Below are positions 37,532-46,585 of a stretch of DNA of 64,000 nucleotides, piece after piece. The translations under genes were made by a program, and so were the position numbers. Source of the DNA: Candidatus Poriferisodalis sp. (lineage in GTDB: Bacteria; Actinomycetota; Acidimicrobiia; Acidimicrobiales; Poriferisodalaceae). The stretch spans positions 1,244,200 to 1,308,199 of the forward strand of contig NZ_OZ240249.1 in the NCBI RefSeq assembly GCF_965198245.1, written 5' to 3'. Below the pieces are notes generated by a model. The model made no database searches and was not told where the DNA came from. It saw nothing but the letters and a program-made list of their open reading frames with translations. How positions within the stretch are numbered: position 1 is the stretch's first letter; each line of letters begins with the position of its first letter.

Positions 37532-38236
37532 TCAGGCCGGTGACAGCGCGTCGGTGACGATTTCGCCGGGAATATGGCCCTGGCCGCGCTCAGTAGTGCC
37601 GTCGGCTCGTACAAGCATCCAGGTGGGTTGAGATCGGACGCCGAACGCATCCCACAGATCCCCGCTCTCGTCACCGAAGTGGGGCATCTGCTCGAGTCCG
37701 TGAGAGCTCACGAATCCCTCGAAGGAAGCGATGGAGTCGTGCGCGGCGACGCCCACGATCACCAAGTCATCCCCGTGTTCTGCTTTCAGCTCTGCGACCG
37801 CAGGAGCTTCTCTCCGGCAGGCCGGTCACCACGGAGCCCAGAACCACAGCAGCACGTCGTTGCCTGCTGCAGCAGCCAGCTCGAAGGGCTGCCCGTCAAC
37901 CTGGCTCGTGTCGAGCAGGAGTATCTCGGGCCGGGTCTCGGCCGCTGAGGCGCTCTCGTCTGCCGATGATCCTTCAGTGGCGGAGGCATTTGCGCCACCG
38001 TCGGCTGCTACGGGTTCGACACTCTCGGCGGCAGATGCCGGTTCGACGCTCTCGGCGGCAGATGCCGGTTCGACACTTTCAGCAGCGGCTGCGCTCGAAG
38101 GCTCGTACGTCTCGGCGACATCCGTCGGAGACGCTGTCGAAGACGCGTCGTCATCGGTACCGCAACCCGCCAACACCATGAGGCTGATGGCGCACGCAGC
38201 CAAGCCGACAGTCCGGCGGCGGGCGAATGCGGTCAC
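37532..38236 (-). CDS. TlpA/ResA-like thioredoxin-fold lipoprotein with an in-frame TGA (37826..37828) replacing the first Cys of the WAPW-C-PAC active site. Candidate selenoprotein (UxxC) or recent pseudogene.
   Basis: GTG start at 38236, lipobox LMVLAGC, and a repeat-rich Ala/Glu/Ser linker. Then ...NDVLLWFWAPW-TGA-PACRREAPAVAELKAEHGDDLVIVGVAAHDS...GVRSQPTWMLV (cis-Pro loop). ORFs 37826..39217 (C-terminal part) and 37532..37765 are in the same frame, 20 codons apart. Confidence 0.55.
38013..38093. repeat. 27-bp coding tandem repeat x3 (GGTTCGACACTCTCGGCGGCAGATGCC) giving (ESVEPASAA)3 in the lipoprotein linker
   Basis: Units at 38013..38039 and 38040..38066, and a diverged unit at 38067..38093. 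Read directly. Confidence 0.8.
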
Positions 38237-38464
38237 GGTGCGAATCTTACCCGTGGGGACATGGGGGTCCCGGTAGCGACCGTCGCTACATTCGTCCGCG
38301 TGAGCACCCGGGCGTTGCTTGTCACAGCGCTTGTCACGGGCGTCGTCATCCTGGTGGCGTTCGCGATCCGGGTGCTGATCTGGTTGTAGCGCTTCGGCGC
38401 CGGTCTGGACAGATGATCGCCCCGGTGCAAACGGCTGAGCCCCGAGGCGTACCCTCGTCGCGCG

Positions 38465-39928
38465 ATGGCAGATGAAGCGAATTCCGGCGAATCGAGCGCC
38501 CCGGTTCGTTACGACCTCGTCGTGATCGGCGGCGGGCCCGCGGGCTACGGGGCGGCGCTGTATGCCGGCGCGGCGGGCATGAAGGTCGCGCTGGTGGAGC
38601 GGGACCGGCTGGGCGGCACGTGCTTGCACCGGGGCTGCATACCCGCCAAGGAGTTGCTTGAGACAGCAGCCGTGTGGCGCACGGTGAGCGAAGCAGCCGA
38701 GTTCGGCGTGAACACCGAGCCGCCCGAGCTGGACTTCAGCGTCTCGCAGGGCCGCAAGCAACGCATCGTGGACGGCCTCGAAACCGGGGTGAAGGGACTG
38801 CTGCGGCGCCGCAAAGTCGCGGTGCACGAGGGGACGGGCCGGCTGGGCACCGACCGGTCGGTCGCGGTGCGCAACGGCGAGTCCGAGACCCAGACGCTGC
38901 ATGGTGACCATGTCTTGCTGGCGGCGGGTTCGGTGCCCATCACACTGCCGGGATTCGATCGCGACGGGACGCTCGTGATGACTTCGGACGAAGTCTTGGC
39001 GCTGGACGAGGTGCCAGGTCGCGTCGCCGTGATTGGCGGCGGGGCCATCGGCTGCGAATTCGCTTCGATGCTGGCCGACCTCGGCGCCGACGTGACCGTG
39101 CTCGAGTACGCGCCACAGATCATTCCCGGCGTCGATGGGGACATCTCCAAGGCCCTGACCCGGGCGTTTGCCAAGCGGGGCATCAACGTGCGGACGGGCT
39201 GCGGGGTCACTGGTCACACGCCGCTCGACGATGGCGGCACGACCGTGCGATACACGGCAGCTGCGTCAGAGGGCGACGACGCCGACACGGCCGAGCTGGA
39301 AGTGGACGCGGTGGTGGTGTCGGTGGGACGGCGGCCGTACCCAGACCACCTCGGCCTCGATGACACCGAAGTCAAAGTCGATGAACGAGGCTTCGTCGTC
39401 GTTGACGAGCTGTGCCGAACGACGATGGCCGGCGTCTACGCCGTGGGCGACCTCATCAATACGCCTCAGCTTGCCCATGTCGGCTTCGCAGAGGCGATCG
39501 TTGCGGTGAAGGACATCCTGGGCGAAGACCCCGCGCCGGTGGACTACCCCAATGTGCCGTGGGCGATCTACTGCCATCCCGAGGTGGCCTTCACCGGGCT
39601 GTCCGAAGCAGCGGCTCGCGAAGCCGGCTACGACGTGGTGTCGTCCAAGCACCGCTACAGCGGCAATTCCCGGGCGATGATCGTCAACGACACCGAGGGC
39701 CTCGTCAAGATCGTGGCCGAGCGTGATGCCGACGGCTCCGCCGGGCGCGTGCTCGGCGTTCACATGATGGGGCCGTGGGTCACCGAGCAGCTCGGTCAGG
39801 GCTACCTGGCGGTCAACTGGGAGGCCACGGTCTCCGAGGTGGCCGCATTGGTGCAGCCGCATCCAACGTTGTCCGAGCTGTTCGGCGAGACGATGATGGC
39901 GCTCACAGGTCGGGGGCTCCACGGATGA
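38465..39928 (+). CDS. lpd: Dihydrolipoyl dehydrogenase (E3)
   Basis: GGGPAGYGAALYAG, redox-active disulfide GGTCLHRGCIPAK, NAD site VIGGGAIGCEF, C-terminal HPHPTLSE. Confidence 0.9.
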   Translation: MADEANSGESSAPVRYDLVVIGGGPAGYGAALYAGAAGMKVALVERDRLGGTCLHRGCIPAKELLETAAVWRTVSEAAEFGVNTEPPELDFSVSQGRKQRIVDGLETGVKGLLRRRKVAVHEGTGRLGTDRSVAVRNGESETQTLHGDHVLLAAGSVPITLPGFDRDGTLVMTSDEVLALDEVPGRVAVIGGGAIGCEFASMLADLGADVTVLEYAPQIIPGVDGDISKALTRAFAKRGINVRTGCGVTGHTPLDDGGTTVRYTAAASEGDDADTAELEVDAVVVSVGRRPYPDHLGLDDTEVKVDERGFVVVDELCRTTMAGVYAVGDLINTPQLAHVGFAEAIVAVKDILGEDPAPVDYPNVPWAIYCHPEVAFTGLSEAAAREAGYDVVSSKHRYSGNSRAMIVNDTEGLVKIVAERDADGSAGRVLGVHMMGPWVTEQLGQGYLAVNWEATVSEVAALVQPHPTLSELFGETMMALTGRGLHG

Positions 39929-39967
39929 GCCGGCGTGCGGGCACTCGACGCCGTTCGAGGCAGCGAT

Positions 39968-41362
39968 ATGGCTGACCTGGTGCTGCCGCAGCTCGGCGAG
40001 ACGGTCACCGAAGGGACCATCACCCGCTGGTTCAAAGGCGTCGGCGACTCGATCACGGTGGGCGAGTTGCTCTATGAGGTGTCCACCGACAAGGTGGACA
40101 GCGAGGTGCCCTCGCCCATGGAGGGGGTCATCAGCGAAATCCGTGTGCCCGAGGGCGAGACGGTGGACGTCGGAACGGTGCTGGCCATTGTCGAGGTAAG
40201 CGAGGGTGCCGTCGTGCCGCCGCCGGCTGCGCCCGTCGCCGACACCAGCGCAGCCGCGGCCCCAGCACCCGTTTCGCCGCCGGCGGAACCGGCCCCCGTA
40301 GCGCCATCTGAGGTCCCAGTGGCCGCAGCCGCTGCGGCCGCATCGATTGATGGCGCAGCCAGCGGGTCGGCGCGCAATGGAAGTGGTCGGCTGCTGTCTC
40401 CGGTGGTGCGGCGCCTCGTGCGAGAGCACAGCCTGGATCCCGCTGCACTGGTCGGCACAGGTGTAGGCGGTCGCATCACCCGGTCCGATGTGCTCAACGC
40501 CATCGACGAGCAGAAACGCTCGGCGGCTGCAACCGCCCCGACCGCGCCAGCACGAGCAACATCGCCAGCAGGCGAACGCGCCGCCGCTCCGAGCCCGCCT
40601 TCGGTGCCGGCACCGGTGGCAGCCGCTGCAGCGGCTGAGTGGACCGACGGCGACTCACGTTTCGAGGCGTTCAACAACATCCGGCGCCGCACCGGCGAGC
40701 ACATGGTCAACTCGGTGGCCACCTCGCCCCACGCTCTCACCGTCGTCGAGGTCGACTACGAGAACGTCGAGCAGGTGCGCCGGGCGCACCGCGAAGCGTG
40801 GCGAGCATCAGAGGGATTCAGCCTCACCTACCTGCCCTTCATCGTCATTGCCGTCGCCGACGCATTGGCTCACTGGCCCCGGCTCAACGCCTCGGTGGAA
40901 GACGACGGGTTGCGCATCCGGCGGCGTCGCAACATCGGCGTTGCCGTCGACCTCGATTACGACGGCCTCATCGTTCCGGTGCTGCGGGACGCCGACTCGC
41001 TGAGTTTGCGAGGGGTCGCCCGCACCATGAACGAACTCGCGACGAGGGCCCGCGAGCGACGCCTGACCCCCGACGACATCACCGGCGGCACCTTCACCAT
41101 CTCCAACAACGGCTCGTTCGGCACCTACACGACGGCGGCCATCATCAACCAGCCCCAGGTTGCGGTGCTCTCGACCGACGGCGTTGCCCGCCGCCCGGTC
41201 GTGGTCGCAGATCGATTCGGCAATGAGAGCATCGTGGTGCACTCGGTAGGCCACCTGGCGATGGGCTGGGATCACCGTGCGTTCGACGGCAGCTATGCCG
41301 CGGGATTCTTGGGGCACATCCGCCAGATGCTGGAACAGCACGACTGGGGAGCGGAGCTCTGA
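39968..41362 (+). CDS. Dihydrolipoamide acyltransferase (E2) of a 2-oxoacid dehydrogenase complex
   Basis: Start at MADLVLPQLGETVTEGTI. Lipoyl-Lys motif EVSTDKVDSEVP, Ala/Pro linkers, PSBD (LSPVVRRLVREHSLD), catalytic DHRAFDG. Confidence 0.9.
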   Translation: MADLVLPQLGETVTEGTITRWFKGVGDSITVGELLYEVSTDKVDSEVPSPMEGVISEIRVPEGETVDVGTVLAIVEVSEGAVVPPPAAPVADTSAAAAPAPVSPPAEPAPVAPSEVPVAAAAAAASIDGAASGSARNGSGRLLSPVVRRLVREHSLDPAALVGTGVGGRITRSDVLNAIDEQKRSAAATAPTAPARATSPAGERAAAPSPPSVPAPVAAAAAAEWTDGDSRFEAFNNIRRRTGEHMVNSVATSPHALTVVEVDYENVEQVRRAHREAWRASEGFSLTYLPFIVIAVADALAHWPRLNASVEDDGLRIRRRRNIGVAVDLDYDGLIVPVLRDADSLSLRGVARTMNELATRARERRLTPDDITGGTFTISNNGSFGTYTTAAIINQPQVAVLSTDGVARRPVVVADRFGNESIVVHSVGHLAMGWDHRAFDGSYAAGFLGHIRQMLEQHDWGAEL

Positions 41363-41468
41363 GGCCGAGCGAGTTTGCAGTGGATTCGGGTTGCAGAACA
41401 ACGCCGCCAGCGAGGCCGGGGCCCGAGCGGCCCGTGAGCGTAGCGAACATGAGCGGAGCGTTCGTCTG

Positions 41469-43130
41469 ATGCTGCAGGTGCGGTGGCTGGGGCGGGTTCG
41501 CTTCCGCGAGGCGCTGGATTTGCAGCGACGCCTGTGGACGCACAGTCGGGATGACTACTTGCTGCTGCTCGAACACGATCACGTCTTCACCGCAGGCCCG
41601 AGTGCCGACGAGGCGAACTTGCTGGTCGATCCGGCTGAGGTCGGCGCCGACTGCGTGCGTATCGACCGTGGCGGCGACTTCACCTACCACGGTCCCGGCC
41701 AACTCGTTGGCTACCCGATCCTGTCCTTGCCAAGCAACCGGGGCGGCGGACTGGCGGAGACGGCCGCGTACGTGTGCGACTTGGAACAAGTGCTCATCGA
41801 CGCGCTGGCTGACCTCGGTCTCGCCGGCTGCGGTCGGCTGCGGGGCTATCCGGGCGTGTGGCTCGACCTCGACGGCACGCCCCGCAAGCTCGCCGCGATC
41901 GGCGTACGACTCAGCCGTGGTCGCACCATGCACGGCTTCGGGCTGAACGTCGACACCGACTTGGCGTGGTTCGAGCGGATCATCCCGTGCGGCATCCGTG
42001 ATTTCCGACCGACATCGCTGCGGGCTGAGGGCTGCACTGCGACGATGCGCGAGGTGGCAGATGCGGTGGTCCGGCGTGCAGCCGAACGGTGGTCGCCCAC
42101 AGGCTTCGAGCGTGCAGATGTGGCGTGGCGGCGCCGCCCGTCCGATCTCAGCGCCTTCAGCCGTGGCCTGGGTCCCGGTCAGGTCGAGATCCCTCCGCCG
42201 CGCAGCCGAGCCAGGTTGGCGCAAGCTGGTGTGAACGGCGGCCTCGGTCTCGCTGAGCGGAAACCCCCGTGGCTGCGTGCCCGCATGGACCCCAATGAGG
42301 GTTACCTGCGGCTGCGCCGGGTGATGCGCCGGCACGACTTGGTGACGGTGTGCGAGGAGGCGGGCTGCCCGAACATCTTCGAGTGCTGGGGTGCGGGCAC
42401 AGCCACTTTCATGCTCAACGGCGAGCGGTGCACGCGGGCGTGCGGTTTCTGCTTGGTCGACACCAGCCAGCCGGCACCGCTCGATCCCGATGAGCCTCGC
42501 CGGGTGGCCGACGCGGTCGCCGAGATGGAACTCGACCATGCGGTCGTCACCGCGGTTGCCCGGGATGATCTACCCGACGGTGGGGCGGCTGCGTTCGCCG
42601 AGACCATCGCGGCGATCAAGGCGCAATCGCCAAGCACGACAGTCGAGGTGCTGGTGCCCGATTTCGGCGGCGATGCCGCGGCGCTCCAGACAATCCTCGA
42701 CGCGGGCCCCGACATCGTGAACCACAACATTGAGACCGTCGCTCGGTTGCAGCGAGCCGTTCGCCCATCGGCGGGCTATGCCCGCAGCCTGGCGTTGCTG
42801 GCCCGCAGCGCATCGGCCGGGCTCGTCACGAAATCGGGCATCATCGTCGGCATGGGCGAGGACGATGCCGAGGTCGACGTCACCTTGGCCGATCTCGCGG
42901 CAGTCGGCGTCAGCATCGTGACGATCGGCCAGTACTTGCGGCCGACCAGCCATCACATCCCTGTCGCCCGCTGGGTGCCGCCTACCTCGTTCAGCCGTTG
43001 GCGAGAGGTCGGAACTGCTTTGGGGCTTGATCACGTCGAGTCCAGCCCGCTGACCCGCTCCAGCTACCACGCCGCCGAATCGGCCGCAGCCGTGCAGCTC
43101 GGACCAAGCCGCCAGCAAGTGCCGGCGTAG
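41469..43130 (+). CDS. lipB/lipA: Apparent LipB (octanoyltransferase) - LipA (lipoyl synthase) fusion in one continuous reading frame
   Basis: LipB part: LLLLEHDHVFTAG, RGGDFTYHGPGQLVGYPIL, RKLAAIGVR, HGFGLNV. There is no stop codon before the LipA part (ERKPPWLRARM, CEEAGCPNIFECW, radical-SAM CTRACGFCLV, NHNIETV, YLRPT). An internal GTG at 42231 could also start a separate LipA. Confidence 0.8.
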   Translation: MLQVRWLGRVRFREALDLQRRLWTHSRDDYLLLLEHDHVFTAGPSADEANLLVDPAEVGADCVRIDRGGDFTYHGPGQLVGYPILSLPSNRGGGLAETAAYVCDLEQVLIDALADLGLAGCGRLRGYPGVWLDLDGTPRKLAAIGVRLSRGRTMHGFGLNVDTDLAWFERIIPCGIRDFRPTSLRAEGCTATMREVADAVVRRAAERWSPTGFERADVAWRRRPSDLSAFSRGLGPGQVEIPPPRSRARLAQAGVNGGLGLAERKPPWLRARMDPNEGYLRLRRVMRRHDLVTVCEEAGCPNIFECWGAGTATFMLNGERCTRACGFCLVDTSQPAPLDPDEPRRVADAVAEMELDHAVVTAVARDDLPDGGAAAFAETIAAIKAQSPSTTVEVLVPDFGGDAAALQTILDAGPDIVNHNIETVARLQRAVRPSAGYARSLALLARSASAGLVTKSGIIVGMGEDDAEVDVTLADLAAVGVSIVTIGQYLRPTSHHIPVARWVPPTSFSRWREVGTALGLDHVESSPLTRSSYHAAESAAAVQLGPSRQQVPA

Positions 43131-43229
43131 GGCACCCCTCTCAAACACCCCGAAACGTTCCGCGTAGCGAACCCTGGACTTACCTATGCTGCCGACAGGT
43201 TTCGAACTCGACTTGTTTGGTGAGGCCGT

Positions 43230-44771
43230 GTGGCGGCAGTTGCCGATGATCTGCTTGCGGCTGGACCGTTGACGCGTGCCGAGCAACGCCGCATCGCGCA
43301 GGCTGAGGGACTGACTGCGGAATGTCGTTCGGAGCTTGGGCAGTACTTCACTCCTGCCCCCATAGCGAGACTGTTGGCCGACATGTTCGAACCGCCGGAG
43401 GGACGGGTACGCGTCCTGGACCCCGGTGCCGGCGTCGGTTCGCTCTCGGCTGCACTAGTTGAACGCGCAGCCAGCGAGGGATGGCACTGCTTGCTGGACG
43501 TAACAGCCCTGGAAGTCGACGATCGCCTGCTGGAAGGTCTCGAAGCGACCCTCAGTGACTGCTGCGATGTAATGCCCTCAGTTCAGGGTCGTGTCGAGCA
43601 TTCGGATTTTTTGACATGGGCTGCGGCCCAGGCAGCGCCAGAGATGTTCCAGCGAGAACGTCTGCCGTTCGATCTCGTCATCATGAACCCGCCATACGGC
43701 AAGCTGCGCACAGCTTCGGCGACTCATGAGCGGCTTCGACGTCTTGGTGTTCGTACGAGCAACCTGTATTCGGCCTTTGTCTGGCTTGCTAGCCGCTTGC
43801 TCGTTCCCGGTGGCCAGCTGGTCGCGATCACCCCGAGGAGTTTCTGCAACGGGTCGTATTTCAGGCCATTCCGGCAGGCCCTGCTGGACGATTGTGTGCT
43901 ACGGGACATCCACGTCTTCGAATCCCGCGACACCGCATTTCGCGACGGCGCGGTGCTGCAAGAGAACATCATCTTCAGGATCGTTCGGTCCGCTCAGCGC
44001 CCCCCGGTGCAGATCGCCGTCAGTTCGGGTTCGGGTCTCGACGAACCTCGCCGGCATGAAGTCAGCGCCGACTCGGTCGTCCACCCGAAGGATCCACGGC
44101 TCTTTATTCGCATACCCGAGGACCCCGCGAGCGTCGTGCTGGCGGAGCACGTAGGAGGCCTCCCGCAGACGCTGGCAGGATTGGGTGTCACAGCCTCGAC
44201 AGGCCGGGTGGTGGACTTTCGGTCGCGGGAGCACCTGCGTGAAGACTGCGACGGCGACGGCGACGCGATCCCGTTGATCTACCCCGGACACTTGCGGCGA
44301 GGCAGGATCAACTGGCCGGGTGAGTCCAACTCCAAGCCGTGCGCGATTGCGGTAACGCCGGCAACCAAAGGCATGTTCCTGCCTTCGGGTGAGTACGTGC
44401 TGGTCAAACGTTTCTCATCGAAAGAGGAACGCCGACGGGTAGTCGCGGCCGTGCTGGAATCCTTGGATCTGCCGAGCGATGTCGTCGCCATGGAGAATCA
44501 CGTCAACGTGCTGCACGTCTCGAACCGAGGCATGGAACGCTATCTCGCATGGGGATTGGCGGCCTACCTCAACTCGACGATTGTCGACCTGTTCTTCCGG
44601 CAGTTCAACGGGCATACACAAGTGAACGCTGCCGACTTGGAGTCGCTTCGGTATCCGGACGTTCAGTCCCTCCTGGCCTTGGGTGCCGAGGCACGCTCAG
44701 CTAATTTCGAGCAGGCAGCCACGGACTTGCTGGTGGAACGCCACGTCCCGGCTCTCGAAGGTGTGCGGTGA
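43230..44771 (+). CDS. N6-adenine DNA methyltransferase of the M.PstI/M.BsuBI (Eco57I-like, gamma-class) type
   Basis: 513 aa. GQYFTPAPIARLL, motif I VLDPGAGVGSLS, motif IV DLVIMNPPYGK. Size and partner gene match the PstI family (M.PstI is about 507 aa). 4-nt overlap with the downstream endonuclease gene. Confidence 0.75.
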   Translation: MAAVADDLLAAGPLTRAEQRRIAQAEGLTAECRSELGQYFTPAPIARLLADMFEPPEGRVRVLDPGAGVGSLSAALVERAASEGWHCLLDVTALEVDDRLLEGLEATLSDCCDVMPSVQGRVEHSDFLTWAAAQAAPEMFQRERLPFDLVIMNPPYGKLRTASATHERLRRLGVRTSNLYSAFVWLASRLLVPGGQLVAITPRSFCNGSYFRPFRQALLDDCVLRDIHVFESRDTAFRDGAVLQENIIFRIVRSAQRPPVQIAVSSGSGLDEPRRHEVSADSVVHPKDPRLFIRIPEDPASVVLAEHVGGLPQTLAGLGVTASTGRVVDFRSREHLREDCDGDGDAIPLIYPGHLRRGRINWPGESNSKPCAIAVTPATKGMFLPSGEYVLVKRFSSKEERRRVVAAVLESLDLPSDVVAMENHVNVLHVSNRGMERYLAWGLAAYLNSTIVDLFFRQFNGHTQVNAADLESLRYPDVQSLLALGAEARSANFEQAATDLLVERHVPALEGVR

Positions 44772-45718
44772 ACCACCAGATCACCCAGCGCATCTCCGAG
44801 GCGCAGTGGATTCTCAAGGAACTCGGATTCCCTCCTGCGCAGAGCAACGAGCGCTCTGCACTTGCCTTTCTCGCGCTTCTTGACGTGAAGCCCGACATGC
44901 CATGGGCGGCGGCGGGCACCCCGCTGCGGGGCATCACCGAGATGATGAAGTTCATGCGTGTCCACTACGGCAAGGACTATGCGCCCAATACCCGCGAGAC
45001 GGTTCGACGGCAGACAATTCACCAGTTCTGCGCCGCCGGTTTGGCTACAAAGAACCCCGACGATCCCGACCGCCCCACCAACAGCGGCAAGACCGTCTAC
45101 CAGGTCAACGGCATTGCCTGGACGCTGGCCAAGGCCTACGGCACCGACGCTTGGTCAGAACGCCTGGCCACCTATCTCGAGCGGGTAGGGACGCTCGCCG
45201 ACCAGCTTGAGCGCCAGCGCCGGCTGCGTCGCATTCCGGTGCGTTTGCCTGATGGCACCTCCGTCGATCTCTCGCCAGGAGGTCAGAACCCGCTCATTAG
45301 GGAGATCATCCAAGGGTTCTGCCCAAGATTCACGCCCGGAGGAGCCGTTTGGTACATCGGCGATGCCGATGAGAAGTTCGCGGTCTACGACGAAAACGCA
45401 TTCATGCGAGCTCGTATCAGCGTTCCCCATCACGGCAAGATGCCCGATGTCATCGTCGAGCATGTGGACGAGTCGTGGCTCGTCGTTGTCGAGGCCGTGA
45501 CATCTCACGGACCCATCGATCCGAAGCGCCGAGCCGAGTTGGACCAGCTCTTGCAATCGCCGCGTCTCGGACTCGTCTACGTCACGGCGTTCTCAGATCG
45601 AGCGACCTTCCGTCAATACGTCGCAGACATCGCGTGGGAAACCGAAGTTTGGATTGCCGAATCGCCTGACCATCTCATTCACTTCGACGGATCCAAGTTC
45701 TTGGGTCCCTACGACTGA
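44768..45718 (+). CDS. BsuBI/PstI-family type II restriction endonuclease
   Basis: 316 aa (R.PstI is about 326 aa). The N-terminal region ISEAQWILKELGFPPAQSNERSALAFLALL and the C-terminal catalytic half (...PDVIVEHVDESWLVVVEAVTSHGPIDPKRR) resemble that family as I recall it. Not verified by search. Confidence 0.6.
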   Translation: MNHQITQRISEAQWILKELGFPPAQSNERSALAFLALLDVKPDMPWAAAGTPLRGITEMMKFMRVHYGKDYAPNTRETVRRQTIHQFCAAGLATKNPDDPDRPTNSGKTVYQVNGIAWTLAKAYGTDAWSERLATYLERVGTLADQLERQRRLRRIPVRLPDGTSVDLSPGGQNPLIREIIQGFCPRFTPGGAVWYIGDADEKFAVYDENAFMRARISVPHHGKMPDVIVEHVDESWLVVVEAVTSHGPIDPKRRAELDQLLQSPRLGLVYVTAFSDRATFRQYVADIAWETEVWIAESPDHLIHFDGSKFLGPYD

Positions 45719-45730
45719 GATTGGCCCCCT

Positions 45731-46582
45731 GTGGGTGAGGGTGCACCCGTCGATGTGGCAACGGTGCTTTGCCAGTGGGCCACCGGGGGCCTGGCGTACC
45801 TGTGGGTGACCACTCGGCGACGCGAAGTCGGGCTGGGCTACGGGTGGCTGTTGCGCTCGCTGTATGGGGTGATCGCAGTCATTGCAGCCGTCGCCGGCTT
45901 CGTGTTCCAGCTGAACGCGGTGCGCGACTTCGCCTGCATCGCGATGGCGCTCTGCGCAGGCGCGACGCTCGTGCGCTCGGCACTGCCCAACGTGTCCCCA
46001 GCGGGCCCCCGTGAGCCAGCCGGAAGCATCGACAGCGACGGTGCAGCACCAGCTGAGTCCTCCCCGCGGAGGACGATCGAGGTCTTCGACTCGCGCTGGG
46101 ATCTTGCGGCACCGCTCGCCGGCGTGGTGGGCGTGGTGGCTGCGGGACTCGGCGCCAGCGGAGACATCAACCCGGTTCTGCACCTCGCGCGCGTTGTCGT
46201 CGGCGCTGCGTTCCTGGGTGCCGTCAGCGATTCGATGCTGCTGGGTCACTGGTACCTCGTGCAGCCGGGACTGCGGCGGGAACCGCTGCGGGAACTGGTG
46301 CGCCATCTTGGCGGGATCTGGCCCGTCGAAGTGGGGCTGCTGTTGCTGCCCACGGGAATGATGGCTGTGCTCACCGGCAGCATCGATGATGGCTATGGCG
46401 GGCTGCTGGGCTGGTTCTGGGCCGCGTGCGCCATCACCACGGTGGCGCTCGCATCGCTAGCCATGGCTGCGCTGCGCGAACGCCAGTACGCGGCCGTCAT
46501 GGCCGCCACCGGGCTGCTCTACCTAGCGATCCTTACCGGCTTCGGCACCGACCTCGTGGCTCGCGTCACTCTCGCCGGTTAG
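45731..46582 (+). CDS. Polytopic membrane protein of unknown function
   Basis: 283 aa with about 7-8 hydrophobic spans, high GC3, GTG start. Confidence 0.55.
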   Translation: MGEGAPVDVATVLCQWATGGLAYLWVTTRRREVGLGYGWLLRSLYGVIAVIAAVAGFVFQLNAVRDFACIAMALCAGATLVRSALPNVSPAGPREPAGSIDSDGAAPAESSPRRTIEVFDSRWDLAAPLAGVVGVVAAGLGASGDINPVLHLARVVVGAAFLGAVSDSMLLGHWYLVQPGLRREPLRELVRHLGGIWPVEVGLLLLPTGMMAVLTGSIDDGYGGLLGWFWAACAITTVALASLAMAALRERQYAAVMAATGLLYLAILTGFGTDLVARVTLAG

Positions 46583-46585
46583 TGG

